A stretch of 64,000 nucleotides of DNA, taken from Schmidtea nova (lineage: Eukaryota). The notes below the pieces were generated by a model. It ran no database searches and was not told where the DNA came from. It worked only from the letters and a program-made list of their open reading frames with translations. The position numbers and the translations under genes are program-made. This document shows positions 1 to 11,804 of the stretch, piece after piece. The stretch is taken from NCBI GenBank assembly GCA_044892505.1, contig CM097882.1, positions 375,472,001 to 375,536,000 on the forward strand, read 5' to 3'. Every line of letters starts with the position of its first letter. Within the stretch, counting starts at the first letter, position 1.

Positions 1-3000
1 GTCAGCATCTCTTCATCTGTAATATCCGCATTACCCACTATTGCTGACATAGCTCTTTTCATCGATTTTATTAACGCTTCATAAACCCCTCCGAAATGTG
101 GCCCGGCTGGCGGATTAAACACCCATCTTATCTCCCGAGCTGTCAACTCCTTCGTTATCTTATAACCATCGAGTATCACATCTTTCAATTCCCCCGTTGC
201 TCCCACGAAATTATTACCGTTGTCTGATAACATCAACACTGGTTTTCCTCGTCGCGCAATGAATCTTATTAAAGCTTGTATGAATGAATCCGTTGTTAGT
301 CCGTACACTAATTCCAGATGCACTGCTCTAGTTTGTAAACATGTAAACAAACACACATATCTCTTTAGCCTCGCTTTTCCTCGGCCCTGGATTGTTAAGA
401 ATGGGCCCGCAAAATCAACCCCCACTTTTCCAAATGGTCTAAATGGTTCCGTCAATCGAAATGCAGGTAGTGGAGCCATCTTCTGGGACCGGCCAGAAGC
501 TCGTCTCTTTTTACAGATTAGGCATTCAAATTCCACCTTCTTGATTTCTCTTTTAGGTTGCGTTATCCAAAACCTTTCCTGCAGATCGCTTAATAAATGA
601 TTTGTTCCGGCGCAGTGATCTCTGTCTTGATGATATTTTCTTATTATCAGTCTAGTCACCCATCGTTTTGCACTTAATATTATCGGGTATCTTGCTTCTA
701 ATGTCATGAACTCTGCATTTATGATTCGACTGTTACTCCTGAGTAATCCTTCTTCATCGAGCATTGGATTCAAACTCAGTATTTTGCTCTTTTTATACAA
801 TGGTCTTCCGTCTTTTAACTCTCGTATCTCATCCTTAAAGATCTCATTTTGCTCCTCTCGAATTACTATCGTTTCAATCTTTTTGATTTCGTCGGTTGTT
901 AACTCCCCACTTCGGAGTTCCTTTTGGTTTCGACAATTATTTGCGAATCTATGCACCCATGCTCTTACTCTGAGCAATCTTTTCCACGATGAATAGGTTT
1001 CAGGTTGCCAACAGTTTACTTGATATTTTCCAGGTTGCTCTTCTTCTAAATTTATGACAAATGTCGCTTGCTTTCTTTCTCTATTTTCATTTACCTGTAT
1101 ATCTAATTTCGTTTTTGGCCAATTTCTTTCAAAGTGTTTTAAAAAAGGTGGTCCTTCCCACCACATATTATCTCCTATATGATCTGATGCCGACATTCCC
1201 CGAGTGGCTATATCTGCTGGGTTGCTCTTAGTAGGAACGTAACGCCATTGTTCAGCATCTGTCTCGTTCTGAATGGTTCTCACTCGGTTGGCAACAAATG
1301 TTTTCCATAGTCTTGAATGATGACGAATCCAGTGCAAGGTATCTTGACTATCAGTCCAAAACATGACATTTTTCAATTCATATTGTAACGCCTTTCCAAC
1401 TTTCTTAGCTAACTTTAGACCCAAACAGGCGCCCATCAATTCCAATCGTGGAATGCTAATTACCTTAACTGGAGCTACTTTTGCTCGTGCCGCAACAAAT
1501 TTCATTTTAACCTTGGCGCTCTCTTCTTCCCTAAGGTAACAAACCGCTGCATAGGCAGTACTAGACGCATCAACAAATACATGTAAGCGCCACGGGTTGC
1601 TTTGCTTCCCCAATAATCTCCTTGGAATCATTACTCGATTCAATAATTCACATTCTTCCATCCAACATCTCGCTCTTTTTTGTAATTCTGGGGGTAAAAC
1701 ATCATCCCACTTACTTCCCATCATCCACGCTTCTTGCATTAGGCATTTGCCAATAATTGTGAATGCACTAAGCATTCCCAAAGGATCAAAGATACGTGCT
1801 ATCCAACTTAATAACATTCTTTTCGTGATTTTCACATTGTCTGCCGTTCGTCCTTCAAATCTCAATAAATCGTCCGTTGCGAGCCAGTACATCCCCAATG
1901 TCTTCATCGTGACTGTTCTATTTTCTTCTATTGTTAACGACTTGGCTTGTTCTTCGATCGGAATTGTTTCCATTACTTTAATCGAGTTTGACATCCACTT
2001 TCTTGCCCTCATTCCTGCTTCTGCCCACAGTAACTTCAGATCCTCTTTAAGAATTAGCGCTTCTTCCTCCGTCTCTACTGAGTCAATGCTGTCATCCATG
2101 TATGTAGATTTTATTATGGTCTCAGCCGCTCTTGCGTAACTTTTTTCATATCTTCTCGCGTGTTGTTGGGTTACATATTGTGCAAGAAACGGGGACGTAT
2201 TCAACCCGAAAACTAGTCTTGAAAATTCAAATTGCACAATCTTCTCACCCTCTTTCCACAAAAATCGTAAGTAAGGTCTGTCTTCTTCCGCAACTCTTAT
2301 TTGTAGATACATTTCGGCGATATCGCTTACTATGGCCACCTTAAACCGTCTGAATCTTAACAAAATTTCGAAAAGATCATTTTGCAATTTCGGTCCCGTT
2401 TCCAAAACATCATTCAAACACTTTCCATTACATTTTGCTGCAGCATCAAATACAATCCGGACTTTCGACGTTTCTTTTTCCTTTCTTACAATGGGAAAAT
2501 GAGGTAACATCCACTTCGTTCCCACCTTTTCTTGTTCACTTAACCTCCTAATGTAATCCTTACTTTCATGATCCTTCAAAATTCTTTCATATTCCTTCTT
2601 CAACTCTTGATCTTTATCTAATTTTTGCTTTAAACTTTCTAGGCGTTTCATTGCCATTTGTGTATTATTTGATAACTCTTCTTTTCCAGATTTCCACGGT
2701 AAACTCACTTGATAAAACATTCCTCTGTTAACCATCTTTTCTTCCGTGATTTTAATAACTTCATGATCCCTTTTGGTCAAGAGCGCCGGGTTCTCCTTTA
2801 AGTTCTCGATTTCCCAGAACAACTTTACCTGTCCAACTAACTCCTCGTCCTTGGATAAATACGTTTGAACAAAGTTGGTTTGGTGGGTCAATGACACGCC
2901 CAACGTATTTCCACCTACACAGGTCCAACCAAGCGGAGTTAATCTAGCGATTGGTTCGTCCATCTTTCCATCCACTTCCTTCAGCGCTCTTTGCAAACCT

Positions 3001-6000
3001 AAATAATCAGCTCCAATAAGAACTTGCACCACTTGCCGTTCATCAAGCAATGGAAACCGTATATCCTTTAGATGTTCCCATTTCCATTTTTCCTTTGCCC
3101 AATTTATCACTCGCATTTCCCCGGTTACACTCTTCACCGCTGCAGCTGTAAACCTTTTCCTCATCTTCTGATCATAACTTATCAACGTCATCGTGACTAT
3201 TCTTGTTGTCATATTTTGAATATGACCTCCGATGACGCTGACAGGAACTATTTCCTCTTTCCCCTTCAGACCCAACTCGTCTGCAATGCTCTGACTTATG
3301 TAGCTAATGGAGCTTGCATCGTCTAACAGCGCATTTACTTTAATTTTCTTCGCTCCATGCTCAAGGTAGATCGGTATCGTCCTCAAGCTTAGGTATTTTC
3401 GCTCCCTTTTTAATAATTCATCTTTAGTAGCCGACATCAATGTGTTTTCCTTCCTTTTGGACTCTGACTGATCCACATGCAGTAGGTTACTGTGTTTCAG
3501 CTTACACCCCTCTCTAGTACAGAATGAAGCCTTTCGACATTCCGACGCTACATGATTAGACTTTAAACAATTAAAGCATAACTTCCAGTCTCCTACTGCT
3601 TTACGTCGCATTGCGGGGTTCATTTCTTTGAATTCTCTGCATTGATCCAAGTAATGATTTTCCTTGCATTTCCAACACTTCAACTTTGTGCTCAACAATC
3701 CGTCTCTTGGTATGTTTGTCTTGTCTTCCTTCCAATCTGCTACTTGCCCAACAAGTGTCCGGTTCCCTTGCCTTGGATTCCCAAGTTCTCTTGACGGTCC
3801 ATCCTGTCTCTTCCAATCGTTTCTTCTATTGCCATCCCCGACTCCATAAAGGGTTTCTCTTGTTGATCTTAACAGCTCGACTTCATCTTGTAACCAATTT
3901 CTCAAATCTTGGATACATTCGGTTACCTTTCTCTCCTTAAAGTCTTTCTTCCACTTGTATAGCAGCGAGCAGGGTAGCTTTTGCAGGCATCTCTTCAATA
4001 AGTAACTATTGTTCATTTCGCCCTCTCGTCTATTATTAATAATTCTAACTTCTAGCGTTTCCAATAGCCCAACAAACGCCTCGATTTCCAGCATTTCATT
4101 CTCACGCACGGGTCGGAACCTTTCGATATCTTCCAGAGCAGCTAAGTAATTTCGTTCTTCCCCGCCATATCTTTTATCAAGCTTTTCTTTTGCCATTTTA
4201 TAACCCGTTGCAGAAAATCCTAAATTTTCGATCAGCCTTAGCGGTTCACCTTTCAGATAGGATCGAAGGTGTAACATCTTTTCATCATCATCTCCATGGG
4301 CACTATCAACACACGTATGGAAAGCAGCTTTCCAACTTTCATATTCTTTTTGGTGTCCATCAAATATCTGGATCCGTATCTTCTGCATCTTTTCTAGTCT
4401 TTTCTTCGTTTCAGTTCCATTGATCTCTTTAATTGTATTGCTGTCATCCGACCTAACTGACTGATTGGCCTTTGACGAAATTAACTCTTCCACCTTCTCG
4501 TTCTTATTTTCTATCTCTTGTAAATCCGCTTCTAGCCCCGTTGTTGTATCTGACCTTCCTAATCTTTTACTAATATCCACCAATCTTTCAAAACTCTCTA
4601 TGGCACTTTCCATAGCTTCCTGATATTCATCAAGGACATGTGTTGCATCTTCTGCCAACATATCATTCATCCATCTGTTTCTTAATTTCGTCAATCTATA
4701 TTTGACACTCCTCTTCTTTCTCAATCCTTCCTCTAATTCCTCCTCTTCATCATTCCCTCCACACAGTCTCAGTGCCAGATGAATAGTAGACCCCTTTTGA
4801 ATGTGGTAATCTGACAGGATTCTTTCGCCTACCAATTGTTTACCTGCAAATATCAATCTCTGTTGATCAGGCGGGATTCCCTCTTTCTCTTGGATCCTTG
4901 CTTTTATTTTCTCAATAGAGTCCCCCGGTTCAACTTCCAGTGTTATGGTTTTACCTGTTAGAGTCTTAACAAAAATCTGTATTCCACGTCTCAATCGCAA
5001 AACAAAAGGTAAAGTTGACTCCATTTTCTTTTCTTTCACTCGCGAACTCTTATTCTTTAAACTTGTCCTTTCATCACCACTTGCTATTGAATAAAAACTC
5101 AATAATTCCCCTATTTTATTCATATTCGCCCTGTCTTCATGATTACCCAATTTAATATTTTTAACAATTTTATTATAGAACTTTTTATGATTACTTTTAT
5201 CTCCCCTTATTCCTACAAAAGGTTCTAAGCCTTTCAAAATTTTATCTTGTTGCAACATTTCCCGGCTGATATTCAAAGAAAATTCTTCGCTGTCATAACC
5301 AAGGCACCTACTAACATTTACACCTTTAAATACCGAATTATCTTTTACTATACATGTTGCTTCATAAGCAGGTGACACCATTTTTTCCCGGAATTTAAAA
5401 GAATGCTGGGGCCCATAGCAGCCGTCTTTCACAATATCCGGTAGCCAAAGCATTCCAACCTTCACTTCCCTTTTCAAACGCGCTTGGGAGGGAATGTTGG
5501 TCCATACCCCAATTACACATTTAAAACATTTATAAAAATTTACGCAAAACATATTAGGCTTTTTAATAAAAATATACACTAACAGGATTCCTCTCAGACT
5601 TCCAAAGTGTGCGTGGCCCCCCGGTGGGAACCACGCTCTGCTACCATTAATGTTTTTGATAAAATGTAACACTGTTTCGAGGATTTTATTATTAATCATT
5701 GTAAGAAGGTTCAGTTTGAAGAGTTCATTTGAATCATTGCGAAAGCGACATCTGTGGATTTTTGAACCAGGATTCGATATTGGAGACAATAGAGCGCTTT
5801 GACCAACATTGTGTGTCGACAGAACTGAAGGCCCCTCGTAATGAAATAACACAGTTTCGAAAATGGAAAGGTCATAATTAAAGTCATCCAATTTCACAAG
5901 TTTGGCACAATCATCAGGTTCGGCACCTGGTTTCGCAGACGAGAGTCCTTTATTTTCCGACTGAAGCATCGCACCATTTAAATTCTCCAGATCCTTCCAT

Positions 6001-6176
6001 CGGATTAGCCAGTCAAGAAATCTCTGCTCGCAATTTTCATAAGAAGCATAATCATTAATTGAATGAAATTGAGCCAAAATATCGAGTCTGGAACTCGTCA
6101 TTTGCAATTCATTCGAAGGCATCCAAAAGTTCCAATAAACTAAAAAATCCACTTTCCATACTTGCATTGACGACAT
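1..6176 (-). CDS. Extended polyprotein (>2050 aa): LTR-encoded N-terminus, unknown domain, ubiquitin, Gag, PR, RT, RNase H, IN
   Basis: Manual translation finds no stop from 6236 to the ubiquitin unit. ATG 6176, ATG 5024, protease Asp (3323), YMDD (2102) and integrase Met (50) share one frame. Absence from the ORF track is consistent with no stop before the window edge. True start codon uncertain (6176, 5552 or 5024). Confidence 0.85.
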   Translation of the reverse strand, partial: MSSMQVWKVDFLVYWNFWMPSNELQMTSSRLDILAQFHSINDYASYENCEQRFLDWLIRWKDLENLNGAMLQSENKGLSSAKPGAEPDDCAKLVKLDDFNYDLSIFETVLFHYEGPSVLSTHNVGQSALLSPISNPGSKIHRCRFRNDSNELFKLNLLTMINNKILETVLHFIKNINGSRAWFPPGGHAHFGSLRGILLVYIFIKKPNMFCVNFYKCFKCVIGVWTNIPSQARLKREVKVGMLWLPDIVKDGCYGPQHSFKFREKMVSPAYEATCIVKDNSVFKGVNVSRCLGYDSEEFSLNISREMLQQDKILKGLEPFVGIRGDKSNHKKFYNKIVKNIKLGNHEDRANMNKIGELLSFYSIASGDERTSLKNKSSRVKEKKMESTLPFVLRLRRGIQIFVKTLTGKTITLEVEPGDSIEKIKARIQEKEGIPPDQQRLIFAGKQLVGERILSDYHIQKGSTIHLALRLCGGNDEEEELEEGLRKKRSVKYRLTKLRNRWMNDMLAEDATHVLDEYQEAMESAIESFERLVDISKRLGRSDTTTGLEADLQEIENKNEKVEELISSKANQSVRSDDSNTIKEINGTETKKRLEKMQKIRIQIFDGHQKEYESWKAAFHTCVDSAHGDDDEKMLHLRSYLKGEPLRLIENLGFSATGYKMAKEKLDKRYGGEERNYLAALEDIERFRPVRENEMLEIEAFVGLLETLEVRIINNRREGEMNNSYLLKRCLQKLPCSLLYKWKKDFKERKVTECIQDLRNWLQDEVELLRSTRETLYGVGDGNRRNDWKRQDGPSRELGNPRQGNRTLVGQVADWKEDKTNIPRDGLLSTKLKCWKCKENHYLDQCREFKEMNPAMRRKAVGDWKLCFNCLKSNHVASECRKASFCTREGCKLKHSNLLHVDQSESKRKENTLMSATKDELLKRERKYLSLRTIPIYLEHGAKKIKVNALLDDASSISYISQSIADELGLKGKEEIVPVSVIGGHIQNMTTRIVTMTLISYDQKMRKRFTAAAVKSVTGEMRVINWAKEKWKWEHLKDIRFPLLDERQVVQVLIGADYLGLQRALKEVDGKMDEPIARLTPLGWTCVGGNTLGVSLTHQTNFVQTYLSKDEELVGQVKLFWEIENLKENPALLTKRDHEVIKITEEKMVNRGMFYQVSLPWKSGKEELSNNTQMAMKRLESLKQKLDKDQELKKEYERILKDHESKDYIRRLSEQEKVGTKWMLPHFPIVRKEKETSKVRIVFDAAAKCNGKCLNDVLETGPKLQNDLFEILLRFRRFKVAIVSDIAEMYLQIRVAEEDRPYLRFLWKEGEKIVQFEFSRLVFGLNTSPFLAQYVTQQHARRYEKSYARAAETIIKSTYMDDSIDSVETEEEALILKEDLKLLWAEAGMRARKWMSNSIKVMETIPIEEQAKSLTIEENRTVTMKTLGMYWLATDDLLRFEGRTADNVKITKRMLLSWIARIFDPLGMLSAFTIIGKCLMQEAWMMGSKWDDVLPPELQKRARCWMEECELLNRVMIPRRLLGKQSNPWRLHVFVDASSTAYAAVCYLREEESAKVKMKFVAARAKVAPVKVISIPRLELMGACLGLKLAKKVGKALQYELKNVMFWTDSQDTLHWIRHHSRLWKTFVANRVRTIQNETDAEQWRYVPTKSNPADIATRGMSASDHIGDNMWWEGPPFLKHFERNWPKTKLDIQVNENRERKQATFVINLEEEQPGKYQVNCWQPETYSSWKRLLRVRAWVHRFANNCRNQKELRSGELTTDEIKKIETIVIREEQNEIFKDEIRELKDGRPLYKKSKILSLNPMLDEEGLLRSNSRIINAEFMTLEARYPIILSAKRWVTRLIIRKYHQDRDHCAGTNHLLSDLQERFWITQPKREIKKVEFECLICKKRRASGRSQKMAPLPAFRLTEPFRPFGKVGVDFAGPFLTIQGRGKARLKRYVCLFTCLQTRAVHLELVYGLTTDSFIQALIRFIARRGKPVLMLSDNGNNFVGATGELKDVILDGYKITKELTAREIRWVFNPPAGPHFGGVYEALIKSMKRAMSAIVGNADITDEEML
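4755..4982 (-). other. Ubiquitin domain embedded in the BEL polyprotein
   Basis: [76 protein letters not shown]; 60/76 identical to canonical ubiquitin by manual count; preceded by [13 protein letters not shown] (tail of a preceding unit). Confidence 0.98.
5631..5646 (-). promoter_or_regulatory. Primer-binding site (initiator tRNA-Met)
   Basis: TGGTAGCAGAGCGTGG, 4 nt after the LTR-terminal CA; complementary to the 3' end of tRNA-iMet. Confidence 0.9.
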
Positions 6177-6433
6177 TTCCCGAACAAAATCCAAATTTAA
6201 AGCCTTCCGATTAAGTAAAATTTGAACGATTTCAAATCAAAACTTAAATTCCAATTATCACAATTTTAAATCTAAATTCCATCCAAACTGGAATAATAAA
6301 ACAAACGAATCTAACAATAAATTCATCTAAAAAATCAATAAAAACTCAATCAAAAATTCCAATCTAAAAATTACCCAGACTAATGCGCACACAGGCGCTG
6401 ATAAAGAAAATCAAATGCACACACAGACGAACA
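5651..6433 (-). repeat. 5' LTR of the BEL element (~780 bp; outer boundary +/- 20 bp)
   Basis: Starts TGTTCGTCTGTGTG, has AATAAA ~35 nt before the terminal CA and is followed by the PBS; partner LTR is outside the window. Confidence 0.75.
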
Positions 6434-6861
6434 ACTACATTGAATGTCACATCAATGACCCTAAATTTGCTCCAATAAAATGCTTTCAAATAGAAATCTT
6501 ACGGGCAAATCTTTGCAAAACCATTTTTCGAATGCCATACAGAGCAATATCTGCGCAAACTCTACTATGTCCAATAAATATTAATAAAACTCATTGGATT
6601 ATTTTTGTGTATTGTAAAACTTCTTTAACTTCATACTTTGTAGATCCTCTTTTCAACAACCGCCATTCGTTGACCAATAGAGCCTACGCTCTTCAAAATA
6701 CAATCGCTTTGAATCGTCTTTTTAACCTTAAAGCTGCACTATTTTTCCACCCACATAAAAACTTTGTCTACCAAAATAATAACTATGACTGTGGGCCCTA
6801 CATCTGTGCTTATGCTATGATAAAAGTGGTACATGGCAAAAATATCCTGATGATTTTATAG
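6434..6861 (+). pseudogene. Ulp1/SENP-like (C48) cysteine protease domain of the non-LTR element
   Basis: PININKTHWII (His), YFVDPL (Asp), QNNNYDCGPYICAYA (oxyanion Gln and catalytic Cys). Confidence 0.9.
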
Positions 6862-7778
6862 AACATATTAGAAAAGATGTCAATCAATTTAAACTTACTT
6901 TAAATAACATAGTCCCAAAATCATTTGGAGGTGGTGAATCTAAACTTACTAACTCTAAGAGAGTAAAAAAAGACACAACTCTAAATATTTTTAATAAACA
7001 CGACCACATCTTCCTTATGAAACGTAATGCCTGCCTCTCGTCTTTGATTACCGAATGGTTTAAAGACCATAAAGACATCTTGGTCCTGTCACAAGAACTG
7101 ACACTAAATATAATCTCTAGAAATAACTCATTTATTAGAGAAAATGTCACGTTTAAAAATTTTCTCGGGATTAACCAAGTCATCAGTGTTATCCAAAATG
7201 ATAATTACTGGTGTTTATATCTTTTTTCTATTACACATGGTGCAAGTTACTTATTTCTGACCGTTTACTTGGCATCGGAGAAAATATTACTGACTACTTG
7301 AATAAGTTCTTTCTATCAACAAACATTTCTTTTAAACCTAACCACGGCTTGGAACTGGTGCCCAATATCTCTGATGATACAATTCTCTTTGGGTCGGTTT
7401 TTATTGAGCTTCTTGAGAAATTTTGTTTAATAAAGTTATTCATTTTTTAAATATACACAATTCATTAAACTCAATAAAATTAAGGGAAACAAATGAAATC
7501 TCTCAGAATCTAAACTTACTTAATTCTAAAATTTCGGATAAAATAATTTCAATGTTTTTTGATAATTTAAATTTACCCAAGACTTTTTTATGTTGATTGC
7601 GACCATGTGCACGGCTATTCTTGACGATTGTATTCAACACATAAATGATTTTCTGAATTTTTAAAATGTATGCAAATCACAAATCATCTTTGCGATTGTT
7701 GATCCCCTTAAACATCGTGAAATTTTGCTCATTCTCGATTATAGTGTTGACACCTTTAATCTTTAAAACTCAACATCT

Positions 7779-10700
7779 TTGACTGTGAACGACAATTATC
7801 TGTCTACTTGCAAAATTCTGAAAAATAAAATAAATGGCATAAAAGATACACCTGGCCGCGTTTTGAATCTTTCTGAATGTCCCCATGACATCCGCAGCTC
7901 AGGTCTAGTTAGTAAAATTCTCTTGTGTGCGTTTATTAATAATTTTTCGAAAAATTTGCCCCTTGTAAGTTTAAACTTGCGCGAGATTGGAGACGTGGTT
8001 GGTTCTTTGCTTATCTTTGTCAGGCAGCACGATAATATAGAAAACCCAGGTAACACTAAAATTATTCATAAAACTATATTGAGCGTTCCGATAAAACAAA
8101 AGAGAAATAATGCTGAACTATTTTTAATTAAATGTGCAAATTATAGCACAAATGAAATTATTCACGCGATTATGGAGCAATTCCCTGACATAGTGAAACC
8201 AGCTAAAAAACCATACTTGGGAACCAGAATTAAAACTTATAAAATTAGCAAATATAAATTGATCGATTTATTCATGAAATATATGAAGTCAGTTGTCAAT
8301 AAGGTCATCAACAATTTCGATGTACCGGCTCGACCAACTTTTCAGAACATAGTTAAAAACTTTTCACATGAAACACCTGCACGTGGGCATTGGGAGAAAC
8401 TATTTGACTTTTGTAAACACTCTCAAAATGTACTTCCTCTGGAATGCTTCTCGAATAGGGAAGTGATGTATGAACTTAGGAGGGCTGACAACACTAGTCC
8501 TGGTATTGATGGATTACAATATCGTGACTTGTTGCGTCTAGATCCTGATGGTCAAATACTTACTTTCTTGTTCAACAAGATCATTATTTAAAAGTCCATA
8601 CCTGACAGTTGGAAGGTCTTCAAAACCGCTCTAATCCCGAAACCTAATAAAAATGATAAATATTCAAATATATCATCCTGGCGCCCGATTGCCTTGCTAT
8701 CCATCATCTACAAAGTTTTTGCGTCCTTTCTAGCCTCTCGTCTTGCACGCTGGATAAACTCTAATAAACTATTACATGTTGGACAAAAAAGTAGCTCTCA
8801 ACATGAAGGTTGCGTTGAACACAACTCGATTCTGTCTGCTGCTCTGAAACATTCCAAATATAGTAAAAACTGTCCTCTTTCCATTGCTTGGCTCGACATA
8901 AAGGATGCTTTTGGTAGTGTCTTACATGATTACATGTGGTCCTTACTCCGATACACTTGGGTAAGTGAAGACTTTACCTCCATCTTACAACTTTTATATT
9001 CTGACACGAGCTACTTCTATAATTGTGGTCCTATTCTGACACCAAACATCCCAATTAAAAAGGGTGTCAAGCAAAGATGTCCCATCTCCATGATTTTGTT
9101 TGCTTTGGCGATTAATCCTGTGTTGGAAGCTGTTTCCAGAACAGTATTGTTGGGTATTTTGTTGAAAGTCGGTTCTAATTTCTGACTCCTGGTGTTCTTT
9201 TAACAAATAATCAACCCAACACAATAACCTTTATTTCAATATCATACTTTATCACAATGATTGAACAATATAAGAACTGTCTTTTCACACGGAACTTAAC
9301 TGCTTTCAAGTCACTTGCTGCGAGGGATAAGTCTCCCAACGGAAGATCTCCCTTTCTGGTGCGCAAACAAATGAATTAAATTTTACTCTACAACACTACC
9401 TTTTCGGACTCTTCTTCTAATTTTAATCGGTTCATTTTGAAATCTTATCTCTTCGACCCCTGGCCCCACATTGCAATTTGCTTCTGCTTTTATAGTGCTT
9501 CCTCCTTGATGCTTGATTGTTCTGTCTCCCAATTTTGACATTTTCATCTACGACTCAAATTAAACTGTCATATTGTAATTTAGTAGCTCTCGCCGTTTCC
9601 ACATCCTTAGAGCAAATTGAACTGTCACTTCGCTTGAGCGGGTTTCTCTCCTCTCTCGGGCTCTCCATTGGCTCGGGTTTCCCATTGTCTCGGGCTTTCC
9701 ATTAGCCAATTAATTCTTAATTAATATTTTAAATTTTAAATTGTTTCTTTCTGGGGACCCCCCATCGATTTTATTTTTATTTATTTGAATTCGTCTCATA
9801 ATTTGGCACACACCCATACCAATTTCTCCCATGATATATTAATTTTAAATTTTATTAATTTTTTAATTAATGTTTTAATATTTGGTGATTTTTGCAATTT
9901 TACTAATTTTATTACTTTTAAATTTTGAGTCACTTTGACAAACCCCAACAGTATGTGATGCTTTTGCTATTGGAGAATCATCTGTCAAAATTCTCGCGTA
10001 TGCTGATGACATCGCAATTTTCGCTAAATCTCCTAATGACCTGCAAAACTCATTAATACTGCTGTCACAACTGCAACCAATATTAACTTTGAATATCGGC
10101 CAGAGAAATGTGCTTATCTGCAACTTCCTAGAATTCACATTGACAGTGAAATTTCAATCAATGGCGTTAAAATTAAAAAACTGCTGTCTAATGAATTTTA
10201 TCAATACTTAGGTGTGCCAGTTGGCGAAGGAACTGACCAAAGTCCTTATGACATTCTATTAGAGGCACTCAAAGACACCAAAACACTTGCTGATTCGGAT
10301 TGGCTTGGGTGGCAAAAACTTAAAGCTTACAAAATATTTATCCATTCTCGCTTGATCTTCCCTTTTAGAACCCGTGAAATTAAAACTAGCGCACTTTCAA
10401 AATCTTATAATAATAAACATCTTTCAATTAACATCACTAGCCAGTTAAGGAAACTCTTAAGAAAAATGCTGCTTTTGCCTAATCACTCGGAAGTGAGTTA
10501 TTTCTACAATTCAACTGAAAATGGGGGAGCAAACTGTGTTGATCTTCTCGACGAATATCACACACAGACTATCACACACTTTTTTTCGATTAATCACGTC
10601 ACAGTGTGACTTTGCAAGGAAAATTAATCTTGACTCTTTAGCTTTTGTAACCAGTCCACGTCTTGGGATAAAAAATCCAACTCTTCAGGAAAGTCTTGAT

Positions 10701-11650
10701 TGGCTCAATGGAAAAGAGTCTCTTTCCCCATTCTGGAAAGAAAACTCGATTTCAAAGAGCTAGGATTGCGATTGCTTTTTTTGAGAAGACGCACGACATC
10801 AACATCACCTTTACTATCACCAATAATGTACCATGGCTCTATATTAACACGAACGCACGTGGTACATGTATCGTAACTCCGGACGAACGAGAGACCATGG
10901 TAAAAGTGTTGCACTTAGCGCTCAATGATTCATACTTGGTTAAATGGGAAAAAAGCTGTGTCTCAAACATTATCGCTTCAGCTGTAAAGCTTTCACCGAT
11001 AGTAAACAAAGCTATCTATCGCAGTGATTTATCCGAGATTGCTTGGAACTTTGTCCATAGAGCACGCAGCAACACTCTTTCCACCCTTGCAAAGCCTTAT
11101 AATAGTGGAGAGAAAAGACTCTGTCATCGATGTCATGATGAGGATGAAACCTCATCACATGTACTTCAATCGGGCAAAGTTCATATGACTTTGGGCTCTG
11201 AACGACACGATGCTTGCCTTAAACTCATTTCTAATCATCTCCAACTTAATAAAAACCTAATTGTTGTTGTAAATCATGCCTGTTCACTTGTTCCGAGTTC
11301 TAAAGAGCAGGTGGATTTGCTGATAACTGATGTTCTTAGAAAAAGAATCTTCCTTGTTGACATTAAATGTCCGAGTGATTTCTCATGTAACCTTGAGCAT
11401 GTAAATTTATTGAATTTGGAAAAATACAACTCTCTGAAAATCGATATTCAAGCTGCCAAGCCAGACTTTAAAGTTGAACTCGATACTTGCATTATAGGCG
11501 CTCTTGGCTCTTTTCCTGTAGAAACTTCTCAGGTCCTTCAGAAAATTGGCATAACTAAAGGCCAAGTGGCTGGGTTATTAAAAAAGTGAGCAATTAGTAA
11601 TATTACACACTCGGCAAAACGATGGTACACTGCCCATTTTCGACAATGAG
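7779..11650 (+). pseudogene. RT / zinc finger / restriction-like endonuclease of the non-LTR element
   Basis: ORF fragments 7779-8591, 8694-9147, 9955-10070, 10214-10609, 10696-11589; RT rejoins as EAVSRT|VCDAFAIGESSVKILAYADD across the solo LTR. Confidence 0.9.
9148..9950 (-). mobile_element. Solo LTR (803 bp) inserted in the RT
   Basis: TGTTGGG...CCCAACA termini, 4-bp TSD GTAT; TATA-like and AATAAA on minus strand. Confidence 0.9.
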
Positions 11651-11680
11651 GAGCAATTCATTCGAAATAACAACAACTAA

Positions 11681-11787
11681 ACGAGTCTGAATTCAACCGA
11701 TGTCGTTCGATCTCGGAAGTTAAGCAGGTTAAGGCCTCGTTAGTATTTGGATGGATGACCGCTTGGGAATACGAGGTGCTGTGAAAC
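11681..11787 (+). rRNA. 5S rRNA: 5S rRNA gene lacking its first ~12 nt
   Basis: CGATCTCGGAAGTTAAGCAGG (box A), TTAGTATTTGGATGG..GACCGCTTGGGAATAC (box C), paired CCTCGT/ACGAGG helix; 107 nt present. Confidence 0.93.
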
Positions 11788-11804
11788 TTTTCAAACCTTT
11801 TTTT
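11788..11804 (+). terminator. Pol III terminator of the 5S gene
   Basis: T4 then T7 runs directly after the 5S sequence. Confidence 0.75.

Larger units (their letters stand above)
1..6433 (-). mobile_element. BEL/Pao LTR retrotransposon, apparently intact, 3' part outside the window
   Basis: Minus strand shows an LTR (TG..CA), a tRNA-iMet PBS, then one frame with Gag ([29 protein letters not shown]), three Cys/His knuckles (~3480-3680), protease LLDDAS (~3323), RT YMDD (2102), RNase [14 protein letters not shown] (~1580) and integrase GVDFAGPF / [11 protein letters not shown]. Domain order and motifs are typical of BEL/Pao. Confidence 0.95.
6434..11680 (+). mobile_element. RLE-type non-LTR retrotransposon (NeSL/R5-like) with Ulp1 protease; decayed, interrupted by BEL and a solo LTR
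   Basis: Ulp1 domain, RT motifs (SPGIDG, WRPIAL, GCVEH, WLDIKDAFGSV, GVKQ.CP.S, YADD, YLGV), CxxC..H finger, RHD and D..DIK endonuclease motif; multiple stops and frameshifts. Confidence 0.92.

Noticed and set aside
220-4423. Plus-strand ORFs in the ORF track
   Set aside because: Antisense shadows of the BEL polyprotein.
4755-4982. Host ubiquitin or NEDD8 gene
   Set aside because: No own start or stop, in frame with Gag, too diverged for a host ubiquitin gene; closer to ubiquitin than NEDD8.
4755-6861. Ubiquitin next to a Ulp1 protease as a functional pair
   Set aside because: They belong to different elements on opposite strands, and the BEL insertion disrupts the protease element; adjacency is probably chance.
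11681-11787. 5S-derived SINE3
   Set aside because: The complete 5S 3' end is followed by a terminator with no SINE body or tail.
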